64,000 bases of DNA from Schmidtea nova. Lineage: Eukaryota. Positions 47,184 through 58,578 of the stretch are shown here, one piece after another (position 1 is the stretch's first letter; every line of letters begins with the position of its first letter). Where the stretch lies: the NCBI GenBank assembly GCA_044892505.1, contig CM097882.1, positions 471,386,001 to 471,450,000 of the forward strand, given 5' to 3'. The position numbers and the translations under genes are program-made. The notes under the pieces were generated by a model that searched no databases, was not told the DNA's origin, and saw only the letters and a list, made by a program, of their open reading frames with translations.

Positions 47184-48964
47184 GATTTAACGATCTATAT
47201 AAGCAACTTCTCTATAAGCAACATTCTTTATAAGCAACCTCTATATAAGCAACCTTTTTATGTTCAATCGCTCTGTATAAGCAACTTATTTTTTTGAATA
47301 TGGATTGTTGACTTAAGTTTAGACTTTTTAGGTATAAACTCCTCTGACCACGGCTAATAAATTTAAAATCGTAAAAAATTTGTTATTTTAATATGTTTCT
47401 CTTTTATGCTGCCGGTATTGAAGAATAGTTATATAAAATCTGTTAACTCATTAATTAATAAATTAATATTTTAATATATTTGTATTTTAAATTTAGCCAA
47501 AAAATGAATCAGAAGGAAAAAAGACGTTCTATTTCCCTAAAGGATAAACTGTCAATTTTAAAGGAAATTGAAAATGGTAAAAGAACAAGGGAAATTTGTA
47601 TTGAATATAAAGTTGCTAAGTCTACAATAAACAGACTAAAGGAAAATAAAGAAATTCTAGAAGAATATGCATCCAAAACCTATGTAAATCAAGATAAGAT
47701 AAAGCGAATGAAGACAATAAAGTATAGTGAAATCGACAATGCAGTGTTTTCTTGGTTCTTGGAGCGGCTACAGCTTAACGATTTGGTTCCAAATGAAATT
47801 ATAAAATTAAAGGCACTTGAAGTAAAAGATTGAGTAATGGTCCCAAAACATTTGTAGCAAGTGATGGATGGTTAACAAAATTTAAAAAACGTCATGGTTT
47901 ACGGATCTTATCCGTTTCTGGGGAGAGTACGTCTTGCAACTGGTTTAATGAGATATTTATACCTTCAGTAACTCGACACTTAAAATCTAAAAATCTTCCA
48001 GTTAAGGCTCTACTCTTAGTAAATAATGCAATCTGCCATGGGTCCGAGGATAACTTCACTGGCGACCCAAATTTTAAAGTTAGGTTTCCCCCCCTAATAA
48101 TACGCCATTATTGCAATCATATAATTTAAAAGATGTTGTTTATTTAGTTGTGCAAGCCTGGGATGAAATTCCTGTGTCAGTTATACAAAATTCATTTAAA
48201 CATCTTTTCCTGTCAGGTGATGAAATTCAAAACAACATCCATTCTGACCACTTTTCCGAAGAAGACGATATTCACCTACCAAGATTGTATAATTCGATAT
48301 TTAATGATTGTAACTTGGCTGATAATGAAATTATGGATTGGGCAAGTGGAACAAGCGAGGCATATCATTTATTTGACCTTGAAGAAAATATAGGGCTAGA
48401 AAATGAAATTTATTTGACCTTGAAGAAAATATAGGGCTAGAAAATGAAATTTATTTGACCTTGAAGAAAATATAGGGCTAGAAAATGAAATTTCTCCTGC
48501 CGAAGAAGGCGAAAAAAACTCGGAAGACACTAATAAATACACTGATGATGTTATAAATTCTTTTAATTTGGTGGTAGAATGGGCAAAAGAAAATGATTTA
48601 CCTTGTAACGAGATTCTATTGCTGCAAAGAATGAGAGAAAAGGCTATTATTAAAAAATATATGTAATTATTTGTGTTTGTTTAGGCAATTAGTACCGTAT
48701 TTAACTAAATATTTATTAAAATTTGATTCTTTAATTTTTCAAAACAGAATTAATAACTAGGTTTATAAAATAAAATATTGTTTTCATTTGTATAAGAAAC
48801 TAAAAATATTTTTTCTACACAGTTGAAGTATACAAATAAATAACTAAAAATATTTTCTAGGCGGTATATATTTTTATACTCCTTTTTTCCCTATAAGCAA
48901 CTTTTCTATATAAGAATATTTTTTTAATTGGTTCTTATGAGTTGCTTATATAGAGCGTTCACTG
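47184..48964 (+). mobile_element. Tigger/pogo DNA transposon, internally deleted
   Basis: TIR (CAGTG)AACG(C/A)TCTATATAAGCAAC. CENP-B-type HTHs (RRSISLKDKLSIL; IDNAVFSWF; ASDGWLTKFKKRHG); DDE_1 (WFNEIF; LLLVNNAICH). A 3 x 41-bp tandem duplication lies at 48367-48490. Confidence 0.9.
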
Positions 48965-51390
48965 TATTATAATAAAATTAAATAATAAAATTATAAATTA
49001 GCATAATAAATTAAATATAAGTAATGAAGTTATTAATTGGCTTGACTATAAATTAAATTTTTAAGAATGATTGAAAATTAAAAATATAAAATATTTATTG
49101 ATTGCTTGTATATGGATATTCTCTATTCCAGAGGTGTCAACTAATTTTCCTATAAGATCTACTTCGCGCAGTAAAAATCCCCTGCGATCTTCTGTTTCTA
49201 AAAGTAAGAGTAAGAGTAGAAGGCAATATTTAACGAACTAAATTTCACGAATTTTAAAATTTCTAACATATACTTATTTAAATTATATTAAATAAAAATA
49301 AAAATCATATCGATAATATTTTTAATAGTTATAATTAAAAACATTCACAAACTTTACATATTTAAAAAAAAATATAATTTTACTTTTATTGATTATGATA
49401 ATGTCATCTGTTAAGAAGGAAACTGAAAGATACAAAAATATAATTATATTATTTTTACATCTAAAGTAACTTACGTAAGAATAGGCAAAAACTCATTTTG
49501 AACTTCCTGATGCTACAATATTTGAATTACTTATTCTACATTGCATCGTGTCTATAATTTGTACATAATTTGGTGAATAATTACTCAGACCATTTCTCAA
49601 GCAGGATTCTAAATATTCGCCTGTTAAATTAGTTCAGTATTTCGACTTTATTATTTTCATATGTGAAAATGCTGATTCGCAAAAAAATGTCGAATCAAAA
49701 CAGGCGTATAAATTTTCAGCACATCTTTTAGATCCAGATATTTATCTTCTTCTAAATGTTAGAAGATGGGCGTACAATAAGGGTTTTAAAATTAAAATAT
49801 TATACATTAGGAAATGGAAGGGACAGAATAAATATACATGTGGATCAGATGGCAATGACAATTCAATAATCAATGGAAAATATCAACTTCAATGACATTA
49901 TGATTTTAGTGATTCTATATGATGATATTTTACTGTTGATCTTATTTGACTTTTGTTTTATGATGATAATTATCTATTGTATATTCATGAAAATTATGTG
50001 ATTAAGCTGTCACTATCTGACAATTTTTATTTTATGGGATAATTTTATTTTGTAAAATATTGTTGACAATTAATTTTTGTAATGAAAATTTATCAGCATG
50101 ACAATTTATAATTTGACAATTTATCATTTGTGATCTTGCAAACTTTTATTGACATTTTTTATGGTGATGGACAAAATTTGATATAATTTTGAAAGAATAT
50201 TTTGTTTTGAAAATATTTATGTAAATTAAGTTTTTGAAAATGGATTATATTTGCATTTATATTTTAATATTTTAATTCAATAAATTATAATAATAATAAT
50301 AAAAGAAATAAATAATACAGATTGTTTAAATAAATTTAAAATAAATAAATTTAAAATAAATAAATTACTGTTTGTTTAATTAAATTATATTTATGACCTA
50401 CAAAGGTCAGAAAAATGAAATAATATCCCAAGGTTAAAAAATAATTTTTGAAAACAATTCTGTTTTGAAAACAACTTTATTTTCAAAACAATTTTAATCA
50501 ACTCAAGAAGCAAAATAACAATCATTATTGACAAATTAAGTGCCTTAAAATTTAGTATATAAACTCACTGATTTTTCAGTCAAATCACCCATAAAATCTT
50601 TGCGTAAGAAGAATTTCATAGTTGTTATCGACTATTGAAATAATAATTTCGAGCATACAAGATATCGAGCTCAGAAGGCATTCACACACACACACAAACA
50701 CATATATATATATATAGTAAGCCAAATCACAAATAAATACGATTGATTTTTTATTAAAACGTATCTTAAACTATAATAATTATTTCAACAACTTACAAAT
50801 TGTTTTTTTTTGGATCAAGAAAAACAGATATCAAGAAACTCCTTGACAATTTCCTATATTATTATTATTTCAACAGTAACAGATTTAAAGAAAATCCCTG
50901 ACAATTTCTTTCATTATTTTTATTATTTCAACAATTTGGATAAAGAGTAACAGATTTTAAGAAAATACCTGGCAATTTCCTTCATTACTATTATTGTTTC
51001 AACAATAACTGATTTAAAGAAAATCCCTGACAATTTCCTTCATTACTATTATTGTTTCAACAATAACTGATTTAAAGAAAATCCCTAACAATTTCCTTCA
51101 TTATTATTATTATTTCAACAATTTACAAATTGTTACTTTTGAATAAAGATTAACAGATTTAAAGAAACCCCTGACAATTTCCTTACACCGAAGATTAACC
51201 AAATCTATTACGTTCTAACAATCTACTTCAAACTACTATTCCTATCAATATTAAAAGACTGTCTGCCTATCGTAAAAGTAACTTTTGTGATTTTAGTTAT
51301 ATAATTTTCAGTAAATAAAATTGTTCAAAATAGAAAAAAAAATAATATTAATTGAGAAAACCCGAACAACTAACAAACTATTTTGAACAA

Positions 51391-54300
51391 TTACAAATGT
51401 TCTGTGCGGATATTTCGTTTAATGGGACAATTTCGAACCAGTTTGTTTTCCTGTCGATGATTGTCAGTAGGTAGTTCTACCCGTTGTTCGGTGGCAACGG
51501 TCCTACTATGTCGATGTGAATCGTCTCGAAAGGTTGACTGCTTGGAAAGTTTACTTTTTGTGCTTTTGGTTTTTTTGATTTTTTGCTGATTTGACACCTT
51601 TTGCACGTTTTGACGAAATCTTTGATTTCTTTCCTCATGTTTGGCCATATGTATTTGTTGTGGATTATTTCATAGATGGCTTTGCTTCCTGGGTGACTGA
51701 TGTCGTGTATTTTTGACATACACATTTTTCTAAACTCTTTTGGTAAAAGTATTCTTGGTGTAGTTTCGTTGCTGACATCGTACCAGAAGTCACTTCTTTT
51801 CTCTAGTTGCAGACTGTGTTTTATTGGTAGTTCTTTTAAGGTTTCTGATTGTTTGTTTTTGATTTGTTCGTTTTCAATCAGTTCCTCGAATTCGAGTGCA
51901 TTTATATCTGTTCCGATTCTCGAGAGGGTATCTGCTGCGATATTTGAGGCTCCGGCTATATAATTAATTGTGCAATTAAATTGTGATATGTAATTTAATT
52001 GTCTTATTTGTCGTGGCGATGGGTTTTTCATTTGTATCGCGTTTGTTAACGGTTTGTGGTCCGTATAGATTTTGAGGTTTCTTGCTTCTTATAGGTGCTG
52101 GAAGTGTTAAATGGCTTCATGTATCGCGAGTAATTCTCGATCAAAAGTTGAATACCGTGTTTGATGTGTTTTTAGTTTTTTAGAGAAAAACCCGATTGGC
52201 TGTTTGCCGTATTCGTTATCTTGATATAAGGTTGCGCCCATTGCATATCCAGAGCAGTCTGTTGCTAGGTTGTAGTCTAGTTCTGGATTTGGATATCCGA
52301 GTAATGTTGCTTGGGATAAGCTTGTTTTTGCTTTTTCAAACTGTTTGGTAGTTTGTTCGGTCCAGTTTATTTTAATATTTCTTCTTGTTTTGAACAGGTC
52401 GTTTAGTGGAGCTAACAATTCACTGCAGTTAGGGATGTACGCGTGGTAAAAGTTTACCATTCCCAAAAATCGTCTTAACTCTCTGTTTGTGTTTCGTAAT
52501 TTGAACTCTTGTATCGTGCTTATTTTCTTGTTTATTGGCTTCGTGCCTTTTTCGTCCAGTGTGTGTCCCAGAAAATTAATCTCTTTTTTCAAAAATTCGC
52601 ATTTTTGAATGTTTATTTTGAGATTTGCGGAGTTCAGCGTTTCAAACACCTTTTCAATGTCTTTTAAGTGAGTAGTTTTGTTTGGACTTGCTATGAGGAT
52701 GTCGTCCAAATAAGCTATAGTGTTCTGGTTAGTTTTCAAGGTCTTGTCCATGAAACGTTGGAATGTTGCAGCTGTGTTTCGCAAACCAAATGGCATTCTG
52801 TTGTATTCGAACATGCCGATTGGTGTTACGATTGGTGTTTTTTTAATGTCTTCGTTCCTGATGGGTATTTGGTGGTAAGCCTTCTGTAAATCTATTTTCG
52901 AGAAAAGTCTTGCACCTTTTAGTCTGTTTATTATGTCTCTAATGATAGGCAGTGGGTAGTTGTCTGGTTCTGTGATTTTGTTGAGCATTCGGTAGTCACC
53001 GCAAGCTCTCTATTTCCGGTTTGTCTTTTGTTTGAGCATGAGTGCTGAGGACCAATCAGAGTTCGAGTGAGTTATTATTTTGTTTTCTAGTAACTCCTTG
53101 AAAATTTCGTTTGTAATTTTTGTTTTTTGTGGATCTAGTTGTCTCACCTTTGTATGCACTGGGTTTCCGTTTGTTATGATTGCATGTTCGGTGGCGTGAT
53201 ACGCGTTTTTGTCAAAGGTTACTGGTTCAGTGAGTTTTTCAAATTTTCCCAGTAGTTTATTTATTTCTGGGTCATGATTCAATTTTAGTTTTTGTTTATT
53301 GTTAGGTGTCCATTTTTGGTTTTCCTCCGTTGCTCGAGTTGTGCTGTGGTGTTGTAGTATTAGTATTATTTTCTATTATTTGTTTGTTTTTACAATCCAC
53401 TAGGAGGTTGTAATTTGTTAGGAAATCTGCTCCTATTATCGCTTGTTCGACCTCAGCTATAGTGAATGTCCAGTTGTAGTTCTTTTTATTTATGTTTAAA
53501 TATATTGTTTGTTGCCCGAAAGTTTTTATGTTCGTGCCGTTAGCTGCTGTTAATGGTTTTTAGATTTTGTTGGCATTTTTATACATAAAATGGGGCAGTA
53601 ATGAAATCACCGAGCCGGTGTCTATTAAATAATCTATGTTGTTTGTGTGCACCCAAAATGTGTTGTTTTTGTCACCTGATGTGGGTGCTATCATTGGTGA
53701 CCTTATTGGTTTCCCTGCTCTGTTTTATTGAATTCGCAGGGTTGTGTGCAATTAAAGGCTTTTTCACCGAATTTGTTGTGTAAATAGCAGAGGTTTTTGT
53801 TTATATAATTATTCCTTGGATCTCTTTCAGGAATTTTGTTTCTGTAATTGTTGCCTTGATTTATGGAGTTCGACCGGTTTCTGTAATTGTTGTTTGGTGA
53901 TTGATTCCGGCTGTAGTTTTGTCTATTATATTCTGAGGGTTGGTTGTAGAATCGTTTGTTTTGACCGTTGGATGTTTGGTATCTGTTGATTGTATCGTAT
54001 GATTGTGTTGAGTTAAAGTTTTGTTTATTACATCGTTCTTTTATTTCGGCTAGTTCTGTTTTAATTTGTTTGTTTTCTACAATTATTTCGTCGAATTTGC
54101 CGATTAGTGTGTTTAATAGTTTGTTCATGTTGTCGTTTGTTTCGTTGTATTTGTTGATTGGTAGATTATTGTAGTTAGTTTTGTTTTTGTTGTGGTTTTG
54201 GGTGCTGCATATAGTCGGATAAATTTCCTCGTTGATCTTATCCGCTATGTCGGCAAGCGTTTCAACATCGGCGTTGTTGCTGGCTGCCAGAATCCTCCTG

Positions 54301-55203
54301 ATTTCTGGTGGCGTTGCTCGCATGAAAAATTCTTTTACTAGTTCATTTGAACATGAGTTTGTGATATTCAGTTGGAGGTATTCCAACTTTTGCTTTAATT
54401 GTCTGAGGAAATCAGTGGGTTTATTGTCCCTAACTGGGTGTTGTTCAGGCATGATTCGAGCATCTGCCGTCTGTTTATTTTATTTTTGTTCGTAAGGATG
54501 TTGCACAGTTTGTTAAAGGGGTCGTCATCCTTAGAAATTTCTTCAATCTGATCCGCGATTTCATTACGTTTGTTACTGGGGAGTGTAGCTAAGATGTTGG
54601 AGCACAGAGTTTTTGTGGATTTTATACCGGAAAGGGTTAGTGTCAATTTGGCAAATTCCAGCCATTTTTGTGGAGTACCATTTTCATCAGTGAAGTAGTT
54701 TGGTAGGTTGGGGTTCGGGTTCGGGTTAATTACAGAGTTTATGGTGTGTGTGTTTTCGGGGTTGTAATAGTAGCTGTTGTTTTGGTGTTGGGATTGTGCA
54801 TTTTCGTTGTCAATGGGTGTTTGGGTAATATTTGTTTGGTTTAGTTGGTTGGTTGCCATCGCTTTTATTTATGTGTTGCTTGTTGATGCAAATAAATCGA
54901 GTTTGTTTCAAGGATATGGCTTACTGTGTTCAGCCAAAAGATCTCACTTTCCTTTATAGTTCTATAATAACTATTCTAAAAGAAAAAGGTGATTTGAAAA
55001 AAGAATTTCGTCGAGTGTGTGTATTCTTTATTTACTTCTGACACCAGTTGTAATGAATGCTTTTATATGTTTGTACGACGCAGTATCTTGTGTGTGTAAA
55101 GAAATGTTGTAGTGCCCGAGAGAGTTCTCCTAAATTATGTGGAGACGGTCGGGGTGTATGCTTATATACTATTGTATGCGTGCGTGCGTGTGTATATACT
55201 ACA
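51391..55203 (-). mobile_element. Ty3/Gypsy element (CsRn1-like), 3'-truncated inside integrase
   Basis: 155-bp 5' LTR 55049-55203 (TGT..ACA); PBS TGGTGTCAGAAGT (tRNA-Leu type); gag 54859-53703; RT/RNase H (IDLQKAYHQ, YLDD, YSTFDRELLAI); integrase HHCC and HIDIVGPLP. No 3' LTR. Confidence 0.93.
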
Positions 55204-55252
55204 ATCTCAAAAAAAACTAATAATTGAGAAAAACCGAACAACTAACAAACTA

Positions 55253-56153
55253 ATTAATAAATAAGTAACAAAATAAGCCTTTGCTGCAAAAATAATAATT
55301 TTATTAAGTGAGAAAATTTTCGATTATCAAATAATCCTCGTCAATCTCTAATTTGACAAATAACTATTATCTTCATTCATTCTGTTGTTTCTTTTTTTTC
55401 GTGATTTCTCTTCCTTTTCGTTGGATGTTAATCTGATTAATAAATTTTTTAAATTCTTAATTGTTTTTTTAAATGTTTATTTTGTTAAAAATTTAAAAAT
55501 ATAAAATAAAAACTCCAACATTTTTTAAAAATTTTTCCTAAATTTCTTTTCGAATAAATAGATTTATCCTTTTCTTTAAATTTAAAATTTTTATTGCCTG
55601 CATTCTACATTTTTAATTTTCTAACCCTTAATATTTGATTTTATTTTTTTATAATTTTACAATTTAATTATATTATATCTCTTTGAAAAGCCCATAAATT
55701 CTCTGTACTATCACTTTTCTTTCTCCATTTTTTTCTATCTTCCTTTTACTTTTCTACCTTCTTATTTGTAGAACCACATGTTTTTTAACAAGATAGTAAG
55801 TGGGCGATTTCGCTAATTTCCTCTTTAGAGTTAATTTTATATTTTTATATTTAGAGTATTTTATATTTTTAAATTTTTAACAAAATAAATATTTAAAAAA
55901 AACAATTAAGAATTTAAAAAATTTATTAATCAGATTAACATCCAATGAAAAGGAAGAGAAATCACGAAAAAAGAAACAACAGAATGAATGAAGATACCAG
56001 TTATTTGCCAAATTAGAGATTGACGAGGATTATTTGATAATCGAAAATTTTCTCACTTAATAAAATTATTATTTTTGCAGCAAAGGCTTATTTTGTTACT
56101 TATTTATTAATTAATTTAGTACTTAATGCTGCTACCAAGGAATCACCATTTTA
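55253..56153. mobile_element. Penelope family 2 terminal repeats in inverted (fold-back) arrangement
   Basis: 55253-55840 matches 30570-31150; ~55850-56145 is an inverted partial copy; 13-bp TSD AACTAACAAACTA. Confidence 0.88.
56016..56054 (+). ncRNA. Candidate variant hammerhead in Penelope family 2 terminal repeat
   Basis: GAGA-TTGACGA-G-GATTAT TTG ATAATC-GAAA-ATTT-TCTC; identical on the minus strand at 30623-30661 and 55310-55348. Confidence 0.6.
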
Positions 56154-56185
56154 AACTAACAAACTATTTTGAACAATTTTATTTA

Positions 56186-57257
56186 CACTAGAGCCTCGAG
56201 TTGCGTTTTTCCAACTTGCGTCCTTTCGAGTTGCGCCACAAAAATTTTTGATACCCTAATTTTGAGTTGCGTTGCTAATTTTCGAAATGCGTCGAAAAAA
56301 ATTTTTAAAATAAAATTTAATCAAAAAATAGCATAACGTCTATATTCAAAAATTAAAATTTAAACCGAAACTAGAACGCCATGATTTATTTTTAAATGCA
56401 GCTGCAAATAAAATAATTTTTTATTCAGTATTTATTAGTATAAAAGTTTAGTTCTTAGTTGTTTGTATAACTTATAACTTATAACGTTTAAGTGTTTCTT
56501 GCTTTTTTAATAATAATTTTTTTAAATTCTAAAAACTCAATTACAATATATATATATACATTTCTCAAAGGTATTACATTTCGATGAAATTTTAAATGTA
56601 GAAGAGGATTTTGATGTCAGCACCGCAGATTTAATTGAAATGGCTCAAAATATTTATGAGAATGACGATAATTCCGTAGAAGTACCAGAAGTGAAACAAT
56701 TAACAACAAAGGGTATGGGGAAAGCAATTAAATTAAAATCTGAAGCATTAGAAATATTTGTTGCAGAAGATCCAGATGCTGATCAAAGTGCAAAGGTTAC
56801 TCAAGCTGTAGAGGCCTCCATCAGCTGTTATAAAAAAATTTATTTGGATAAAAAACAAAAGGCTGTTTGAATAACTCTAAATAATTTTATAATAAAACAA
56901 CCAAAAGAGAAGCAAACGCCAAATCCTGAACCAACGTATGAATTAGAATCTGAATAAATTCTATAAATTTATGTTGTTTCATTATTTTACATTATTTTAA
57001 AATTCTATTAATGTTTGCATTAGTTTTTGGTTTAATAAAACTTATTAAATAATAGTTAATCTATTCATACCTATTTTTTATTTAAATATGTAGCAATATA
57101 ACTAATTTTTTTTTTAAATATGGATTTCAGATTTTATCGGAACTTATTATATAATAACAGGTACAAATGTATACAAAATTAAAATTCGAATTGCGTTGTT
57201 TCTAGATGCGTCGCGATTTATTGTAACGCATTAACGACGCAACTCGAGGCTCTAGTG
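56186..57257 (+). mobile_element. Tigger-like non-autonomous element
   Basis: TIR CACTAGAGCCTCGAGTTGCG, TA TSD; remnant Tigger C-terminus (..EALEIFVAEDPDADQSAKV..YKKIY). Confidence 0.88.
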
Positions 57258-57701
57258 TACTGAAAATTATATAACTAAAATCACAAAAGTTACTTTTACG
57301 ATAGGTAGACAGTCTCTTAATATTGATAGGAATAGTAGTTTGAAGTAGATTGTTAGAACGTAATAGATTTGATTAATCTTCGGTGTAAGGAAATTGTCAG
57401 GGATTTTCTTTAAATCTGTTACTCTTTATCCAAATTGTTGAAATAATAAGAATAATGAAAGAAATTGTCAGGGATTTTCTTTAAATCTGTTACTGTTGAA
57501 ATAATAATAATATAGGAAATAGTCAGGGAAATTCTTGATATCTGTTTTCTTGATCCAAAAGAAACAATTTGTAAGTTGTTGAAATAATTATTATAGTTTA
57601 AGATACGTTTTAATAAAAAATCAATCGTATTTATTTGTGATTTGGCTTACTATAGCATTTGCTATAGTAAGCCAAATTCAAATTTTAAATTGGCGAAAAT
57701 A

Positions 57702-58377
57702 GTACATGGGGAAAATAGCATGTTTTTGAGAAAATAGCATGTTTTTGAATTTATTAATTTACCATTAAAAAATAATTAAATTAAATTAAATTAAATTAAA
57801 ACTATATTAATCGACAAACAAATAAATTTATTCGAATCTCAATAACAGCAAAAACTTGTTAAACCTACTACATTTCGGAATTCCATATTCCCACATAAAT
57901 TGTATCAAATATTCGCTCTTTTTCTCTTTTTCTTAAAAAATACTTCGAACGCGACCACAAACCTTCAATATTTTGTGTGTGTATTTTGGGATCCAATGGA
58001 TCAACAAAGTTAACGGAATGATTGATGGTCTCATGTTGCATAGATTCAAACCCCCTTAATGCCGCACCATACGCTCTCCATTGATCCGTAATAACTTTTG
58101 TACCGGAATGTACATTATTACTAATAATCCGTGCCATTGTATTAGTATTTCTGTTTTCCACTGGTAAGATAAAGATTTTTCGGGATCCAATATTGCATTG
58201 TCAGTTAGTAAGTTTGACGTCTCAACAATCTCATATTTTGAAAGTCTAACCATTTTTTGATGTGTTTTAAAACAATTATTTTTTTTGGTTAATTTAATTA
58301 TTTTTTAAATTCAAAAACATGCTATTTTCTCAAAAACATGCTATTTTCTCAAAAACATGCTATTTTCGCCATGTACC
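57702..58377 (-). mobile_element. Merlin (IS1595/ISXO2-like) transposon, deleted derivative
   Basis: GTKVITDQWRAY...HETINHSVNFVDP...HTQNIEGLWSRSK is the DDE_Tnp_IS1595 motif; TIRs GTACATGG with 17-bp GAAAATAGCATGTTTTT subrepeats. Confidence 0.88.
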
Positions 58378-58514
58378 TTAAATTCAAATTATAATTAAAA
58401 ATAATAATAAAAATACATGCTGCCCTTAATATACAGGGATGGGGGGATTCCAACAATATATACCCAACACAAATAAAAAAAAACAAATCATTACATTTAA
58501 CTGTTGGGTTCACC

Positions 58515-58578
<64 letters not shown>

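Larger units (their letters stand above)
50715..57652. mobile_element. Long-TIR non-autonomous DNA element (TAGTAAGCCAAATCAC ends) carrying nested inserts
   Basis: 50715-51335 is an inverted copy of 57652-57260 plus 56185-56164; ~58-bp internal subrepeats; inserted at a TA run. Superfamily not determined. Confidence 0.85.
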
